The position numbers and the translations under genes were made by a program. Positions 1 to 8,406 of a stretch of 32,000 bases of DNA are shown piece after piece (positions within the stretch are counted from its first letter, which is position 1; every line of letters starts with the position of its first letter). The notes below the pieces were generated by a model. It had not been told where the DNA came from, did not search any database, and saw only the letters and a program-made list of their open reading frames with translations. This stretch comes from Candidatus Saganbacteria bacterium (GTDB lineage: Bacteria > Margulisbacteria > WOR-1 > JAKLHX01): contig JAPLKZ010000007.1 in NCBI GenBank assembly GCA_026387835.1, positions 35,284-67,283 on the forward strand, given 5' to 3'.

Positions 1-360
1 GAAGGTTTTAGCAGGACAAAGATCGCCACAAAAGCCGGCGAGATGATGCTGCACGCGAAGCCGCATGAGGGTGCCGACGGCGCAAAAGCCGCACCGGCGG
101 ACAATCCCGACGGAAAAGCGGCCGAAATAATCCAGCAGGCGTACCAGGTCTCAAAAGAGATCAGGGCGGGCGCGGACAGATACGCGGATGATGTCCTGGC
201 GACGCTTGAAGCCACAACCGGCAGGATAATAAGGACGGTAAAGAACGGCAGGGTAAGGCTGAACAAAACAAACCCTTCGGACTCGCAGTATCAGGGCGCT
301 TCCAGAGAACCGGTCCCGGAAATATTCACGCAGATCGACGCGCTGGAGACAAAGACTTGA
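1..360 (+). CDS. hypothetical protein, 5'-truncated by the window edge
   Basis: Frame 1 is open from base 1 (gaa ggt ttt agc ...) to the TGA at 358-360, so the track Met at 43 is probably internal. Ala-rich helical segment (AAEIIQQAYQVSKEIRAGADRYADDVLATLE). No family recognised by eye. Confidence 0.5.
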   Translation, partial: EGFSRTKIATKAGEMMLHAKPHEGADGAKAAPADNPDGKAAEIIQQAYQVSKEIRAGADRYADDVLATLEATTGRIIRTVKNGRVRLNKTNPSDSQYQGASREPVPEIFTQIDALETKT

Positions 361-379
361 CACAAAAGGAAACTCTCTC

Positions 380-1444
380 TTGAAAGCCTTGATATTATCC
401 GGCGGCGCGGGCACAAGGCTGCGTCCGCTAACGCACACGAACGCGAAACAACTGATCCCCATCGCGAATAAACCCATAATATTTTACGGTATCGAAGCGA
501 TAGCCCGCGCCGGGATAAAAAATCTTGCGATAATCGTCGGAGATACGGCCGAAGATGTGATGAGAGAGGTCGGGGACGGCAGCCGCTGGGGCATAAGGAT
601 CACCTATATAAGACAGGAAGCTCCTCTCGGCCTGGCGCACGCGGTGAAGATATCCCGGGATTTCATGAAGGACGATCCTTTCATAATGTACCTCGGGGAC
701 AATATCCTGAAAGAAGACCTGAACGAGTTCGTGAACAAGTTCAATAATAACAAGCCGAATTCGCTGATCCTTCTGACAAAAGTGCCCAACCCCGAGCATT
801 TCGGGGTCGCGGAGATCGATAAGGACGGCAACGTATTAAAACTTGTTGAAAAACCGAAACAGCCAAAAAGCGACCTTGCTCTTGTCGGGGTATACCTGTT
901 CGATAAAAATATTTTCAAGGCCGTAAATTCCATAAGACCGTCGGCGAGGGGAGAGCTCGAGATAACCGACGCGATCCAATGGCTGATGGATAACGGGTTT
1001 AAAGTCGAGCATCACCGCGTCACGGGATGGTGGAAGGACACAGGAAAACCTTCGGACATCATCGAAGCGAACCGTCTTATTCTTGAGATGGCGGAAAGCA
1101 AAATATCCGGAAGCATCGATGAAAAAACCAAGGTAAACGGTGTAATAATTTTGGGTGCCGGCGCCAGCATAACCGGCAGCAGGATAAACGGACCGGTCGT
1201 GATCGGTGAAAATGTCAGGATCATTAACTCTTCGATAGGCCCGAACGTTTCGATAGCGTCCAATACGGTAGTAGAAAACAGTTCGGTCGAGAACAGTATA
1301 ATACTTGAAGAATGCAAAATAATAAATATAAAAAACCCGATATCGCAGAGCATACTCGGGAGAGGCGTTTCTATCGTTTGCCGGGAAGGCAAAAAAAATG
1401 TTGCTATTTTGGGCGATAGAAGTGATATAATATTGGCGAATTGA
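380..1444 (+). CDS. rmlA: glucose-1-phosphate thymidylyltransferase, long form
   Basis: N-terminus MKALILSGGAGTRLRPLT is the sugar nucleotidyltransferase signature. The 354-aa protein has C-terminal hexapeptide-repeat-like segments (VIGENVRIINSSIGPNVSIASNTVVENS). TTG start. Adjacent to rmlB. Confidence 0.9.
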   Translation: MKALILSGGAGTRLRPLTHTNAKQLIPIANKPIIFYGIEAIARAGIKNLAIIVGDTAEDVMREVGDGSRWGIRITYIRQEAPLGLAHAVKISRDFMKDDPFIMYLGDNILKEDLNEFVNKFNNNKPNSLILLTKVPNPEHFGVAEIDKDGNVLKLVEKPKQPKSDLALVGVYLFDKNIFKAVNSIRPSARGELEITDAIQWLMDNGFKVEHHRVTGWWKDTGKPSDIIEANRLILEMAESKISGSIDEKTKVNGVIILGAGASITGSRINGPVVIGENVRIINSSIGPNVSIASNTVVENSSVENSIILEECKIINIKNPISQSILGRGVSIVCREGKKNVAILGDRSDIILAN

Positions 1445-1453
1445 TATATATAA

Positions 1454-1492
1454 TTTATAACGGAGCGGGTTCGGGACCCTGTACGTTATAAA
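1454..1492 (+). other. intergenic nested stem-loop between rmlA and the rmlC-like gene, function unknown
   Basis: TTTATAACG (1454-1462) pairs with CGTTATAAA (1484-1492). The 21-nt loop contains a GGGT(1467-1470)/ACCC(1476-1479) mini-stem. No clean U-tract follows. Confidence 0.3.
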
Positions 1493-1516
1493 AATATAAT
1501 TATTTAGGAGATAAAT

Positions 1517-1972
1517 ATGATCGAGGGCGTCGAAACCAAAAAACTGAAAGTGATCCCCGATGAAAGAGGCCGATTGATGGAGATGCTGAGGAGCGATGAG
1601 CCGATATTTCAAAAATTCGGGCAGGTCTATATGACCACGGCATATCCCGGCGTTGTAAAAGGGTGGCATTACCATAAAAAACAATCCGACAATATGGTCG
1701 TAGTATCCGGGACGATGAAAATAGTCCTTTTTGACTCGAGGAGCGATTCAAAGACAAAAGGCGAGGTCAACGAGTTCTTTTTGGGGGATCACAACCCCTG
1801 TCTTCTCCGTATCCCGCCGTACGTCTATCACGGGTTCAAATGCGTAAGCGAAAAAGAGGCCATGGTGATAAACATTCCCACGGAAATGTATGATCACAAA
1901 GATCCTGACGAGTTCAGGGTTGACCCGCACAAGAATGATATCCCGTATAAATGGGACAGGAAGGACGGATAA
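1517..1972 (+). CDS. rmlC: dTDP-4-dehydrorhamnose 3,5-epimerase family cupin (short, SpsL-like)
   Basis: 151-aa cupin. GWHYHKKQ and DSRSDSKTKG resemble the RmlC catalytic His/Lys block and the D-x-R-x-x-S-x-T-x-G block. Located between rmlA and rmlB. AGGAG SD upstream. A keto-isomerase role cannot be excluded. Confidence 0.72.
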   Translation: MIEGVETKKLKVIPDERGRLMEMLRSDEPIFQKFGQVYMTTAYPGVVKGWHYHKKQSDNMVVVSGTMKIVLFDSRSDSKTKGEVNEFFLGDHNPCLLRIPPYVYHGFKCVSEKEAMVINIPTEMYDHKDPDEFRVDPHKNDIPYKWDRKDG

Positions 1973-2989
1973 ATGAAACGGGTATTGGTCACCGGCGGGG
2001 CAGGTTTTATAGGCAGTAATTTTGCCAGGTATCTTCAGGAAAAACATCCTGATTATCATGTGACGGTGCTTGACTGTCTGAGCTACGCCGGGAACATCGA
2101 TAATCTCAAGGACCTGACGGAAAACCCGAACTTTTTTTTCTATCACGGCGACATCAGGGACAAGAATGTCGTCAATAATCTGGTGTTCAACTGCGACAGC
2201 ATCGTTCATTTCGCGGCGGAAACGCATGTTGACAGGTCCATAATAGACGCGGATTCGTTCATTTCGACCGATGTCTACGGGACTTATGTTCTGCTTGAAG
2301 CGGCGCGCTCTTACGGGATAGAAAAATTCGTCCATATCTCCACGGACGAGGTCTACGGCGAAGCGCCGGACAGGCCGTCCGTCGAAGAAGATGCCCTTAA
2401 TCCTAAAAGCCCGTATGCCGCGAGCAAGACAGGGGCCGACAGGCTGGCGTTCTCATATTTCACTACCTATAATGTTCCGGTCGTCATTTCGCGGTGCGCG
2501 AATAATTACGGACCGTACCAGTATCCGGAAAAACTCATACCGCTTTTCGTGTCTAACGCGCTCGAAGATAAACAACTCCCGGCTTACGGAACGGGAAAAA
2601 ATACAAGGACCTGGATACACGTGCTTGATCACTGCTCCGCGATAGATATGCTCCTTCACGGGCCGGATGCCGCGAACGGCCACGCGTTCAACATCAGTTC
2701 AAGGGAGGAATTCTCGGTACTCGATATCTCAAATATCATACTTAAGACGCTGAAGAAACCGCCTTCCCTGATACAGTTCGTCAAAGACCGGCCGGGGCAT
2801 GTCGTGAGGCACGCTGTTGACCCTTCGAAAATGGAAAAGATGTTCGGTTGGAAGTCAAAGATAAAATTCGAAGAGGGGATAGCAGAGACGATAAAATGGT
2901 ACAGCGATAACCGGGACTGGTGGACAAAGATCAAGGACAGGCAGAAAGAATATAAAGATTTCCAAAAAAAATGGTATGAAGAAAGATGA
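1973..2989 (+). CDS. rmlB: dTDP-glucose 4,6-dehydratase
   Basis: VLVTGGAGFIGSNF Rossmann motif, STDEVYG, SPYAASK (Y-x-x-x-K). 338 aa. Start overlaps the preceding stop (TAAATG). Confidence 0.92.
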   Translation: MKRVLVTGGAGFIGSNFARYLQEKHPDYHVTVLDCLSYAGNIDNLKDLTENPNFFFYHGDIRDKNVVNNLVFNCDSIVHFAAETHVDRSIIDADSFISTDVYGTYVLLEAARSYGIEKFVHISTDEVYGEAPDRPSVEEDALNPKSPYAASKTGADRLAFSYFTTYNVPVVISRCANNYGPYQYPEKLIPLFVSNALEDKQLPAYGTGKNTRTWIHVLDHCSAIDMLLHGPDAANGHAFNISSREEFSVLDISNIILKTLKKPPSLIQFVKDRPGHVVRHAVDPSKMEKMFGWKSKIKFEEGIAETIKWYSDNRDWWTKIKDRQKEYKDFQKKWYEER

Positions 2990-3004
2990 AAAAAGGAGGC
3001 AAAA

Positions 3005-3982
3005 ATGAAAACCGGAATTAAGGCTCTCTTTTTAATTATGGTATTCCTTTTGATCCCGGCGATCGCTTCAGGCGAGGAAGCATACAAGATAGGTGCCGGA
3101 GATGTACTGGAGGTGCACGCGTGGGACGCCATGGATTCCGATCTGTTGATAGTAAATCCGATACTTCCGGGATTGACCCAGGCATATATAGACCCTCATT
3201 CCGTCACGGTCTCAAGGGACGGGAAAATTTACATACCCATGCTGGGATCGCTATATGTCAAAGGAATGGATGTCAAGAGACTTGAAAGCATACTGCGTAC
3301 GGGCTTAAGAAGATATGCCAAAGGCTCAAACGTGACCGTGATGATAAAAACCCCAAAATCAATAACAGTCAATATCGCCGGCGAAGTAAGGAATCCCGGC
3401 GCGTACAATATCCCCGACGGTCGGCTTAATGAGCTCTCACTGTTGAATTATATAAAGAACGCGGGCGGTTATACCGAGGACGCGGATATAGATGAGATAG
3501 AGATCACCAAAATGAACGGTTCGAAGAGAACGGTCGACCTGCGCAAAATGATGAACGAAAACGACATTTCACAAAATGTGACACTGCATGACGGGGATAC
3601 GGTGGTAGTGCCTCAGTCCGTCGCAAGGGTATATGTCTTAGGCCAGGTCACAAGGCCCGGAGGGGTGAAATTTATCAATGGTTCTACGGTCATAAGTTAC
3701 ATCGCGATGGCAGGCGGCCTCCTGAAAACCGCCGCGTCCGATAATATAGGTGTCGTGAGAGGAGATCCTGGAAACCCCGTCGTAAAGAAGGTCAAGGTGA
3801 ACAGGTTCGCGAATTATGACAGTCAGGACACGCAGATAGCGGTATTGCCCGGCGATATCATCTTTGTGCCGATGAGCTGGTATTACAACTGGTCGGATGT
3901 GGCGTCGCTGATCGTCGGATACAGGGATGCGAGGGACGCGTCTATCGACCTGATAAGTCCGAACGAATGGAAACTCAGATAA
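3005..3982 (+). CDS. polysaccharide export protein, OPX/Wza-like (copy 1)
   Basis: Signal peptide (LFLIMVFLLIPAIASG, no lipobox Cys). Poly_export-type motif YKIGAGDVLEV. Two SLBB-like blocks (GEVRNPGAY, GQVTRPGGV). GGAGG SD. Confidence 0.85.
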   Translation: MKTGIKALFLIMVFLLIPAIASGEEAYKIGAGDVLEVHAWDAMDSDLLIVNPILPGLTQAYIDPHSVTVSRDGKIYIPMLGSLYVKGMDVKRLESILRTGLRRYAKGSNVTVMIKTPKSITVNIAGEVRNPGAYNIPDGRLNELSLLNYIKNAGGYTEDADIDEIEITKMNGSKRTVDLRKMMNENDISQNVTLHDGDTVVVPQSVARVYVLGQVTRPGGVKFINGSTVISYIAMAGGLLKTAASDNIGVVRGDPGNPVVKKVKVNRFANYDSQDTQIAVLPGDIIFVPMSWYYNWSDVASLIVGYRDARDASIDLISPNEWKLR

Positions 3983-4001
3983 GCGTATCGGAAGGTAGAT
4001 C

Positions 4002-5699
4002 GTGGAAATAAAAGAATTTATCGGAGTATTGTTAAAAAGAAAGAACATCGTGTTACTTTCGACGGTCATTATCTTCGTGATCGTGGCGGTATGGACGATG
4101 CAGCTGAAACCGGTATATCAGTCAAGTATCAAAATACTTGTGCAGAAAACCTCTCCCGGCCTACCCGGTCTTTCAGATCTTGCGGACCTGGGGCAACTAA
4201 CGGGGAACTCCAATTTCAGCAATCCCATGAGCACGCAGATCGAGCTGATGAAGATGCGGCCGGTAGTCGAAAGGGTCATACAACAGTTAGATATCAGAGA
4301 CGAGGACGGTTCTTTGATCAGTTACGAATCAATGCTAAAGAGGGTCACGATCTCAAATGTCAAGACGACCGATATAGTCCGGCTTGACGTAAGATCAAAT
4401 GATCCTGTGGAAGCGATGAATATCGCGAATTCGATAGGCAGGGTCTTTATGGAGCATGACGAAAAGACAAAAAAGGAGATGGCGAATGAAATAAGGAGAT
4501 TCATAGAAACTCAGGTGGCTGTCACGGGCAGGGAACTGGCCGTGGCGGAGGTCCCGATGTCAAAGAACATCAATATCGCCAAGAACACGCGTTCAGGCAT
4601 GATCACGGCCCAGAATTATAAGGACCTTTTAAAAAAACTGAGCGAAGCTAAGATATCCGAAGCATTGAATATCAGCAATGTAAGGATAGTAGAAGCGGCG
4701 GAACTGCCGGAGAAACCTATATCGCCCAAAAGACTGTTGAATTTCCTTCTGGGTTTGATAGCCGGCTTTATGACCGGAGCATCGATAGCCGTATCGCTGG
4801 AATATTTTGACGATTCGATAAAATCCCCGGAAGAATTGAGCGCGGCCGTTAAACTTCCGATACTCGGCAGTATCCCCGTTCTGCCTGTCAAGGACGGTAA
4901 AGCAGTTTCTTTAGAACAGGCAAAAGGTTTCAGGCTCCGTGATTTTCCTGCCTGGCTTTTTGGCATGAGGCCAAAAACAAGCAAGCACGCCCTGCCTGTC
5001 AAGAGCAATTTCAAGGAGCTGATAATCCTTGAAGACCCGAACAGCCCGCAGTCCGAAGCTTTCAGGACAGTAAGGACGAACATCGAATTCGTAAGGCCGG
5101 ACGAGCCCGTAAAAACGATGGGGGTAACAAGTTCAGTCCCGAACGAGGGGAAAACGGTCTTTACGTGCAATTTAGCCGTCGCGCTGGCGCAGACGGGAAA
5201 AAGTATACTTCTGGTCGATTGCGACCTCAGGCAGTCGCGGGTGCACGACATATTCGGGCTTAAAAACGACAAGGGCCTGTCGTCATACCTTTCGGGCGTT
5301 TCAGACATCACCGATATAATACAAAGATCCGGTGTAAATAATTTAAGCATAATCACCGCAGGGCCCCTCTCTCCGAATCCTTCCGAGCTCCTGGACTCGA
5401 AACGAATGAAGATATTCATCGATGAACAGTCGGTGAAATATGATCACATATTGATCGATTCCCCCCCCGTCAATCTCGTTACGGATGCGGCGATCATGGG
5501 CTCTAAACTGGACGGGATGCTGATAGTCGTTGATTACCAGTCCACCCGCAAAGCTGATGTCATTGAAGCAAAGCGGCTGCTTTCCGAGACGATGTCGGAC
5601 GTGCTCGGCCTGGTCATCATGAAGATCGTGCTCAACAAGAAGAACAAGTATTATAAGAAATATTATTACCGAAAGTTCGATATAAAGAAGAAGCAGTAA
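4002..5699 (+). CDS. wzc: polysaccharide co-polymerase with tyrosine autokinase domain (PCP-2a, Wzc-like)
   Basis: Wzz-type N-terminal TM plus a second TM (LLNFLLGLIAGFMTG). P-loop domain with Walker A SSVPNEGKT, A' LLVDCDLR and B ILIDSPP. C-terminal Tyr cluster KYYKKYYYRKF. GTG start behind GGAAGG. Confidence 0.9.
   Translation: MEIKEFIGVLLKRKNIVLLSTVIIFVIVAVWTMQLKPVYQSSIKILVQKTSPGLPGLSDLADLGQLTGNSNFSNPMSTQIELMKMRPVVERVIQQLDIRDEDGSLISYESMLKRVTISNVKTTDIVRLDVRSNDPVEAMNIANSIGRVFMEHDEKTKKEMANEIRRFIETQVAVTGRELAVAEVPMSKNINIAKNTRSGMITAQNYKDLLKKLSEAKISEALNISNVRIVEAAELPEKPISPKRLLNFLLGLIAGFMTGASIAVSLEYFDDSIKSPEELSAAVKLPILGSIPVLPVKDGKAVSLEQAKGFRLRDFPAWLFGMRPKTSKHALPVKSNFKELIILEDPNSPQSEAFRTVRTNIEFVRPDEPVKTMGVTSSVPNEGKTVFTCNLAVALAQTGKSILLVDCDLRQSRVHDIFGLKNDKGLSSYLSGVSDITDIIQRSGVNNLSIITAGPLSPNPSELLDSKRMKIFIDEQSVKYDHILIDSPPVNLVTDAAIMGSKLDGMLIVVDYQSTRKADVIEAKRLLSETMSDVLGLVIMKIVLNKKNKYYKKYYYRKFDIKKKQ
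5461..5468 (+). repeat. C8 homopolymer inside the wzc Walker B codons (gat tcc ccc ccc gtc = DSPPV)
   Basis: Read directly from the sequence: eight consecutive C at 5461-5468. It is the only long G/C homopolymer I noticed. A/T runs of 8-9 are common in the window. Confidence 0.9.
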
Positions 5700-5723
5700 A
5701 ACCATTTACAAGCCCACAGTATA

Positions 5724-5753
5724 TTGATTGTCTGATCAAGAGTATGATATATT
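5724..5753 (+). promoter_or_regulatory. candidate promoter for OPX copy 2 (TTGATT-18 nt-TGaTATATT), ATG 6 nt downstream
   Basis: -35-like TTGATT at 5724-5729. Extended -10 TG(5745-5746)-a-TATATT(5748-5753). ATG at 5760. No SD sequence in between. Confidence 0.4.
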
Positions 5754-5759
5754 TAGACT

Positions 5760-6551
5760 ATGCGAAAGAAAGCCATTAAATTCATTGCCGCAATAGCGGC
5801 ATTCTGCTTCTCAGCAAACGCAATGCCTTGTTTTGCGCAGGACTATGCGGGAAGCAACGCGCCTTCTCCCGCAAATTACCAGTCGCAGTATTTATACTCT
5901 CAGCAGGAAATGAAAGTCTATAAACTTACGCCGGGAGATTCGATAGAGCTCGCGATAATAGTGGGGGATAACGCTAAAAGTCTGGATTATAAATTTATCA
6001 TTTCTCCGATGGGGGAGATATATATACCTAATATCGGGTTAGTGGATATCATGGGGCTTTCGATAGAGGATGCCCGCGCGAAGATCGATAAAGAAATAAA
6101 AAAGTATTTCAAAGAGCCGTTCAGGTCGTATCTGGTCCTGGTCCAGCCGAAGATCACCCGGCTAAAAATGCAGGGAGACGCGATCACCATCCCTTACACG
6201 CAGAGATATGTTTATGTTTACGGTGAAGTGGCGGACCCGGGGAGATTCGGATTTCTGCCGGGATCAAAGCTGTCAGATTACTTTAATTTCGCGGGAGGCC
6301 CCACGGGAAGGGCAAATCTCAGCTATGTAAGCGTTGCCAGGAATGTTGAGGGAAAACCGCAAGTGTTTAATGTTAACGCCAATGATCTTATATATAAAGG
6401 CGTCAAGGATAATGATGTCGTAATACAGGCCGGAGATATAATAAAGGTTCCCGCGAACTTCTTCTACTTTTCGGACTTCGCGACATTCGTCAATACTATA
6501 TTGCTTGGAATTACGCTTTACTATACAGTGCAGAATTTTATAAAGAGATAA
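5760..6551 (+). CDS. polysaccharide export protein, OPX/Wza-like (copy 2)
   Basis: Signal peptide (AAIAAFCFSANAMPCFAQD). YKLTPGDSIELAI Poly_export-type motif. GEVADPGRF SLBB-like block. C-terminal hydrophobic helix (FVNTILLGITLYYTV). Confidence 0.8.
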   Translation: MRKKAIKFIAAIAAFCFSANAMPCFAQDYAGSNAPSPANYQSQYLYSQQEMKVYKLTPGDSIELAIIVGDNAKSLDYKFIISPMGEIYIPNIGLVDIMGLSIEDARAKIDKEIKKYFKEPFRSYLVLVQPKITRLKMQGDAITIPYTQRYVYVYGEVADPGRFGFLPGSKLSDYFNFAGGPTGRANLSYVSVARNVEGKPQVFNVNANDLIYKGVKDNDVVIQAGDIIKVPANFFYFSDFATFVNTILLGITLYYTVQNFIKR

Positions 6552-6555
6552 AAAT

Positions 6556-7452
6556 ATGGATGATGAAATAAATATTAAAGAAATAGCAGCGATACTCGCC
6601 AGATGGTGGAAGCTTATCGCCGCGGCCGTTCTGTTGTTCGGAGCCTCTGCTTTCATTCTCTCCTCCATCGCAAAGCCGGTCTATGAGGCCAAAGCAAAGA
6701 TACTGATGAGGGCTTCAGGAGGCGGTTCTTCTTTGGGCGCTCTGTCCGGTCTGGCAAGCATTGCCGGAATAAATATCGGTGCGGGCGGGGCCGGAGAATT
6801 ACAGGGTCTTATAGACAGCCGCAAAGTGCAGGATTATGTATCCGAGGACCTGATCAACAGCCGCAATGTTACGGAGTTTGTTTCAAAGGAAGTCGCTACT
6901 TTGTTTGCGGACGGAAAACCTGCTGACATGGGGAAAATGACAGCCAAGCTCGAAGGCAGTTATTTTGTTATCACAGTGAGACACAAGGATCCGTATGCAG
7001 CGCAGCTGATAAGCAATGCCTATGTGCCGGCTCTTTCTCTTTACTGGAACAGTTTGAATGCATCGGAAGCCAAGAAGAAGATCGAGTATATAGAAAAAGA
7101 AATGCCAAAAATACAGGCGCAACTGAAAACTGCCGAAGAAAGACTTAAGAGCCTGACGTATTTAAATGATACCCAGAGTGCGATTGAGACTGTCGAGATA
7201 TTAAGGGCTAAAAGAGAAGTTGAGATACTAAACTCAGTATATATGATGCTAAGAAATCAATACGAGACCGCCAAGCTTGACGCGGCCAAAGAGATCTCTC
7301 CTTTTTCAGATGTGGAGCCGGCTTTTTTGCCTGCCTATCCTGTATCTTCCAAGACCCCCTTTAACACTGCAATCGGGTTCATAATGGGTTTGTTTGCCGG
7401 AGTCTTTGCGGCCTTTACAGCAGATTTTCTGTTTCCCAAGAAAAAAGGCTGA
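6556..7452 (+). CDS. Wzz-like chain-length determinant / PCP without a kinase domain
   Basis: N-terminal TM (WWKLIAAAVLLFGASAFIL) followed by PVYEAKAKIL. Gly-rich segment, coiled-coil-like middle region, C-terminal TM (IGFIMGLFAGVFAAF). No P-loop. Confidence 0.75.
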   Translation: MDDEINIKEIAAILARWWKLIAAAVLLFGASAFILSSIAKPVYEAKAKILMRASGGGSSLGALSGLASIAGINIGAGGAGELQGLIDSRKVQDYVSEDLINSRNVTEFVSKEVATLFADGKPADMGKMTAKLEGSYFVITVRHKDPYAAQLISNAYVPALSLYWNSLNASEAKKKIEYIEKEMPKIQAQLKTAEERLKSLTYLNDTQSAIETVEILRAKREVEILNSVYMMLRNQYETAKLDAAKEISPFSDVEPAFLPAYPVSSKTPFNTAIGFIMGLFAGVFAAFTADFLFPKKKG

Positions 7453-7455
7453 CAC

Positions 7456-7815
7456 ATGAAGATACTTTTCGGAATATTCACCGTAGGATTTCTAGTGGCT
7501 TTTGGACAGGTATCGCTCAAAATAGGGTCAAAACTTATTCAGGGAACTAGAATATCCCTGCCGCTGTTTGCGGATCTGATAAAGAACCCCTTCATATTAT
7601 TCGGCGGCTTTTCTTTTGCCGCGGGATTTCTCCTTTGGATAATGATACTTTCTAAGGCCAATCTCGGGACCGCTTATCCCGTGATGATGGGCACGGAGTT
7701 TTCATTGATAGTCCTTTTTTCGTACTTTCTTCTTAAAGAGCCTATGAACATCGGAAAGATCATCGGGATCATGGTCATCTTTATCGGAATTATAATCGTA
7801 TCAAAGAACTTATAA
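7456..7815 (+). CDS. small 4-TM EamA/SMR-like protein, ArnE/ArnF-like (putative lipid-linked sugar flippase subunit)
   Basis: 119 aa with four hydrophobic helices. The blocks FGQVSLKIGSK and GTAYPVMMG...LKEP resemble by eye E. coli ArnE (AGQLCQK, GIAYPML, HEP). Confidence 0.6.
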   Translation: MKILFGIFTVGFLVAFGQVSLKIGSKLIQGTRISLPLFADLIKNPFILFGGFSFAAGFLLWIMILSKANLGTAYPVMMGTEFSLIVLFSYFLLKEPMNIGKIIGIMVIFIGIIIVSKNL

Positions 7816-7826
7816 AGCCCCTATGA

Positions 7827-7856
7827 TTGTTCAAGAAATGAACACTATGTTATAAT
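7827..7856 (+). promoter_or_regulatory. candidate promoter for the MarR-type regulator (TTGTTC-18 nt-TGtTATAAT), ATG 6 nt downstream
   Basis: TTGTTC at 7827-7832. TG at 7848-7849. TATAAT at 7851-7856. ATG at 7863. The intervening ctccat has no SD. Confidence 0.45.
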
Positions 7857-7862
7857 CTCCAT

Positions 7863-8384
7863 ATGGACGATAACGAACTGAAGGCAATTTCTGAAATACA
7901 AAGAAATTCCAGAGCTTCCCAAAGGGAGCTGTCAAAAATTCTCAATTTATCGCTTGGCATGACAAATATCATCCTGCACCGTCTCATGGAAAAAGGATAT
8001 ATGAAAATAAAGCAGCTTGACGGAAGAAAAGTCCAGTATTTTCTTACTCCGAAAGGACTGAGCGAGAAGCTCCGGAGGTCAAGGCAGTATTTACAGGATA
8101 CAATACTCAATTTCGAGAAGATCAAAGAATTGATGAAAATGGCAATAGTAGAAAAAAAGGAGCAGGGATACAGCGATTTTTATATTTTCGGGGATTGGTA
8201 CCTTGATCATATAATTGAGCTCGGATTAAAAGAAATAGGCGACAGATCAATATCATGCAAACGCGTTGATGATCTTTCCGGTTTAAAAGGTAAACATGCG
8301 GTTTTGTTCTGCGCGGGAGATGTCCCTGCTGTTTTGACCGGCAGCGGGGTAATTGTTGTGGATATCGCAAAAATACTTTCGTAG
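7863..8384 (+). CDS. winged-helix (MarR-type, EPS-locus-associated) transcriptional regulator with an extra C-terminal domain
   Basis: wHTH segment SQRELSKILNLSLGMTNIILHRLMEKGYMKIKQLDGRKVQYFLTPKGL. An additional ~75 aa (DFYIFGDWYLDHIIELGLKEIG...AVLFCAGD) belongs to no family I recognise. Confidence 0.7.
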   Translation: MDDNELKAISEIQRNSRASQRELSKILNLSLGMTNIILHRLMEKGYMKIKQLDGRKVQYFLTPKGLSEKLRRSRQYLQDTILNFEKIKELMKMAIVEKKEQGYSDFYIFGDWYLDHIIELGLKEIGDRSISCKRVDDLSGLKGKHAVLFCAGDVPAVLTGSGVIVVDIAKILS

Positions 8385-8406
8385 AAATATTAAAGGAGCA
8401 AACCGT

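Noticed and set aside
43-360. Treating 43-360 as a complete 105-aa gene
   Set aside because: The frame stays open to base 1 with no upstream stop or SD sequence, so it is more likely the 3' end of a longer gene.
836-1684. 282-aa ORF on the minus strand, with other long antisense ORFs such as 4616-5419 (267 aa), 1748-2335 (195 aa) and 28261-28866 (201 aa)
   Set aside because: They lie fully antisense to genes with strong family motifs (rmlA/rmlC-like, wzc, rmlB, wzx/paralog A). Their translations are low-complexity and unrecognisable, and they lack SD sequences. These are typical shadow ORFs.
8353-8406. Longer N-terminal extensions offered by the track (8353 for DegT, 10004 for the FAD oxidoreductase, 24887 for pseI, 12235 for the aldolase)
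   Set aside because: The extensions overlap upstream genes or repeat block 3 and add non-homologous residues before well-known N-terminal motifs. Internal starts with SD sequences (8407, 24908, 12289) or placing the GxGxxG fold at the N-terminus (10061) fit better.
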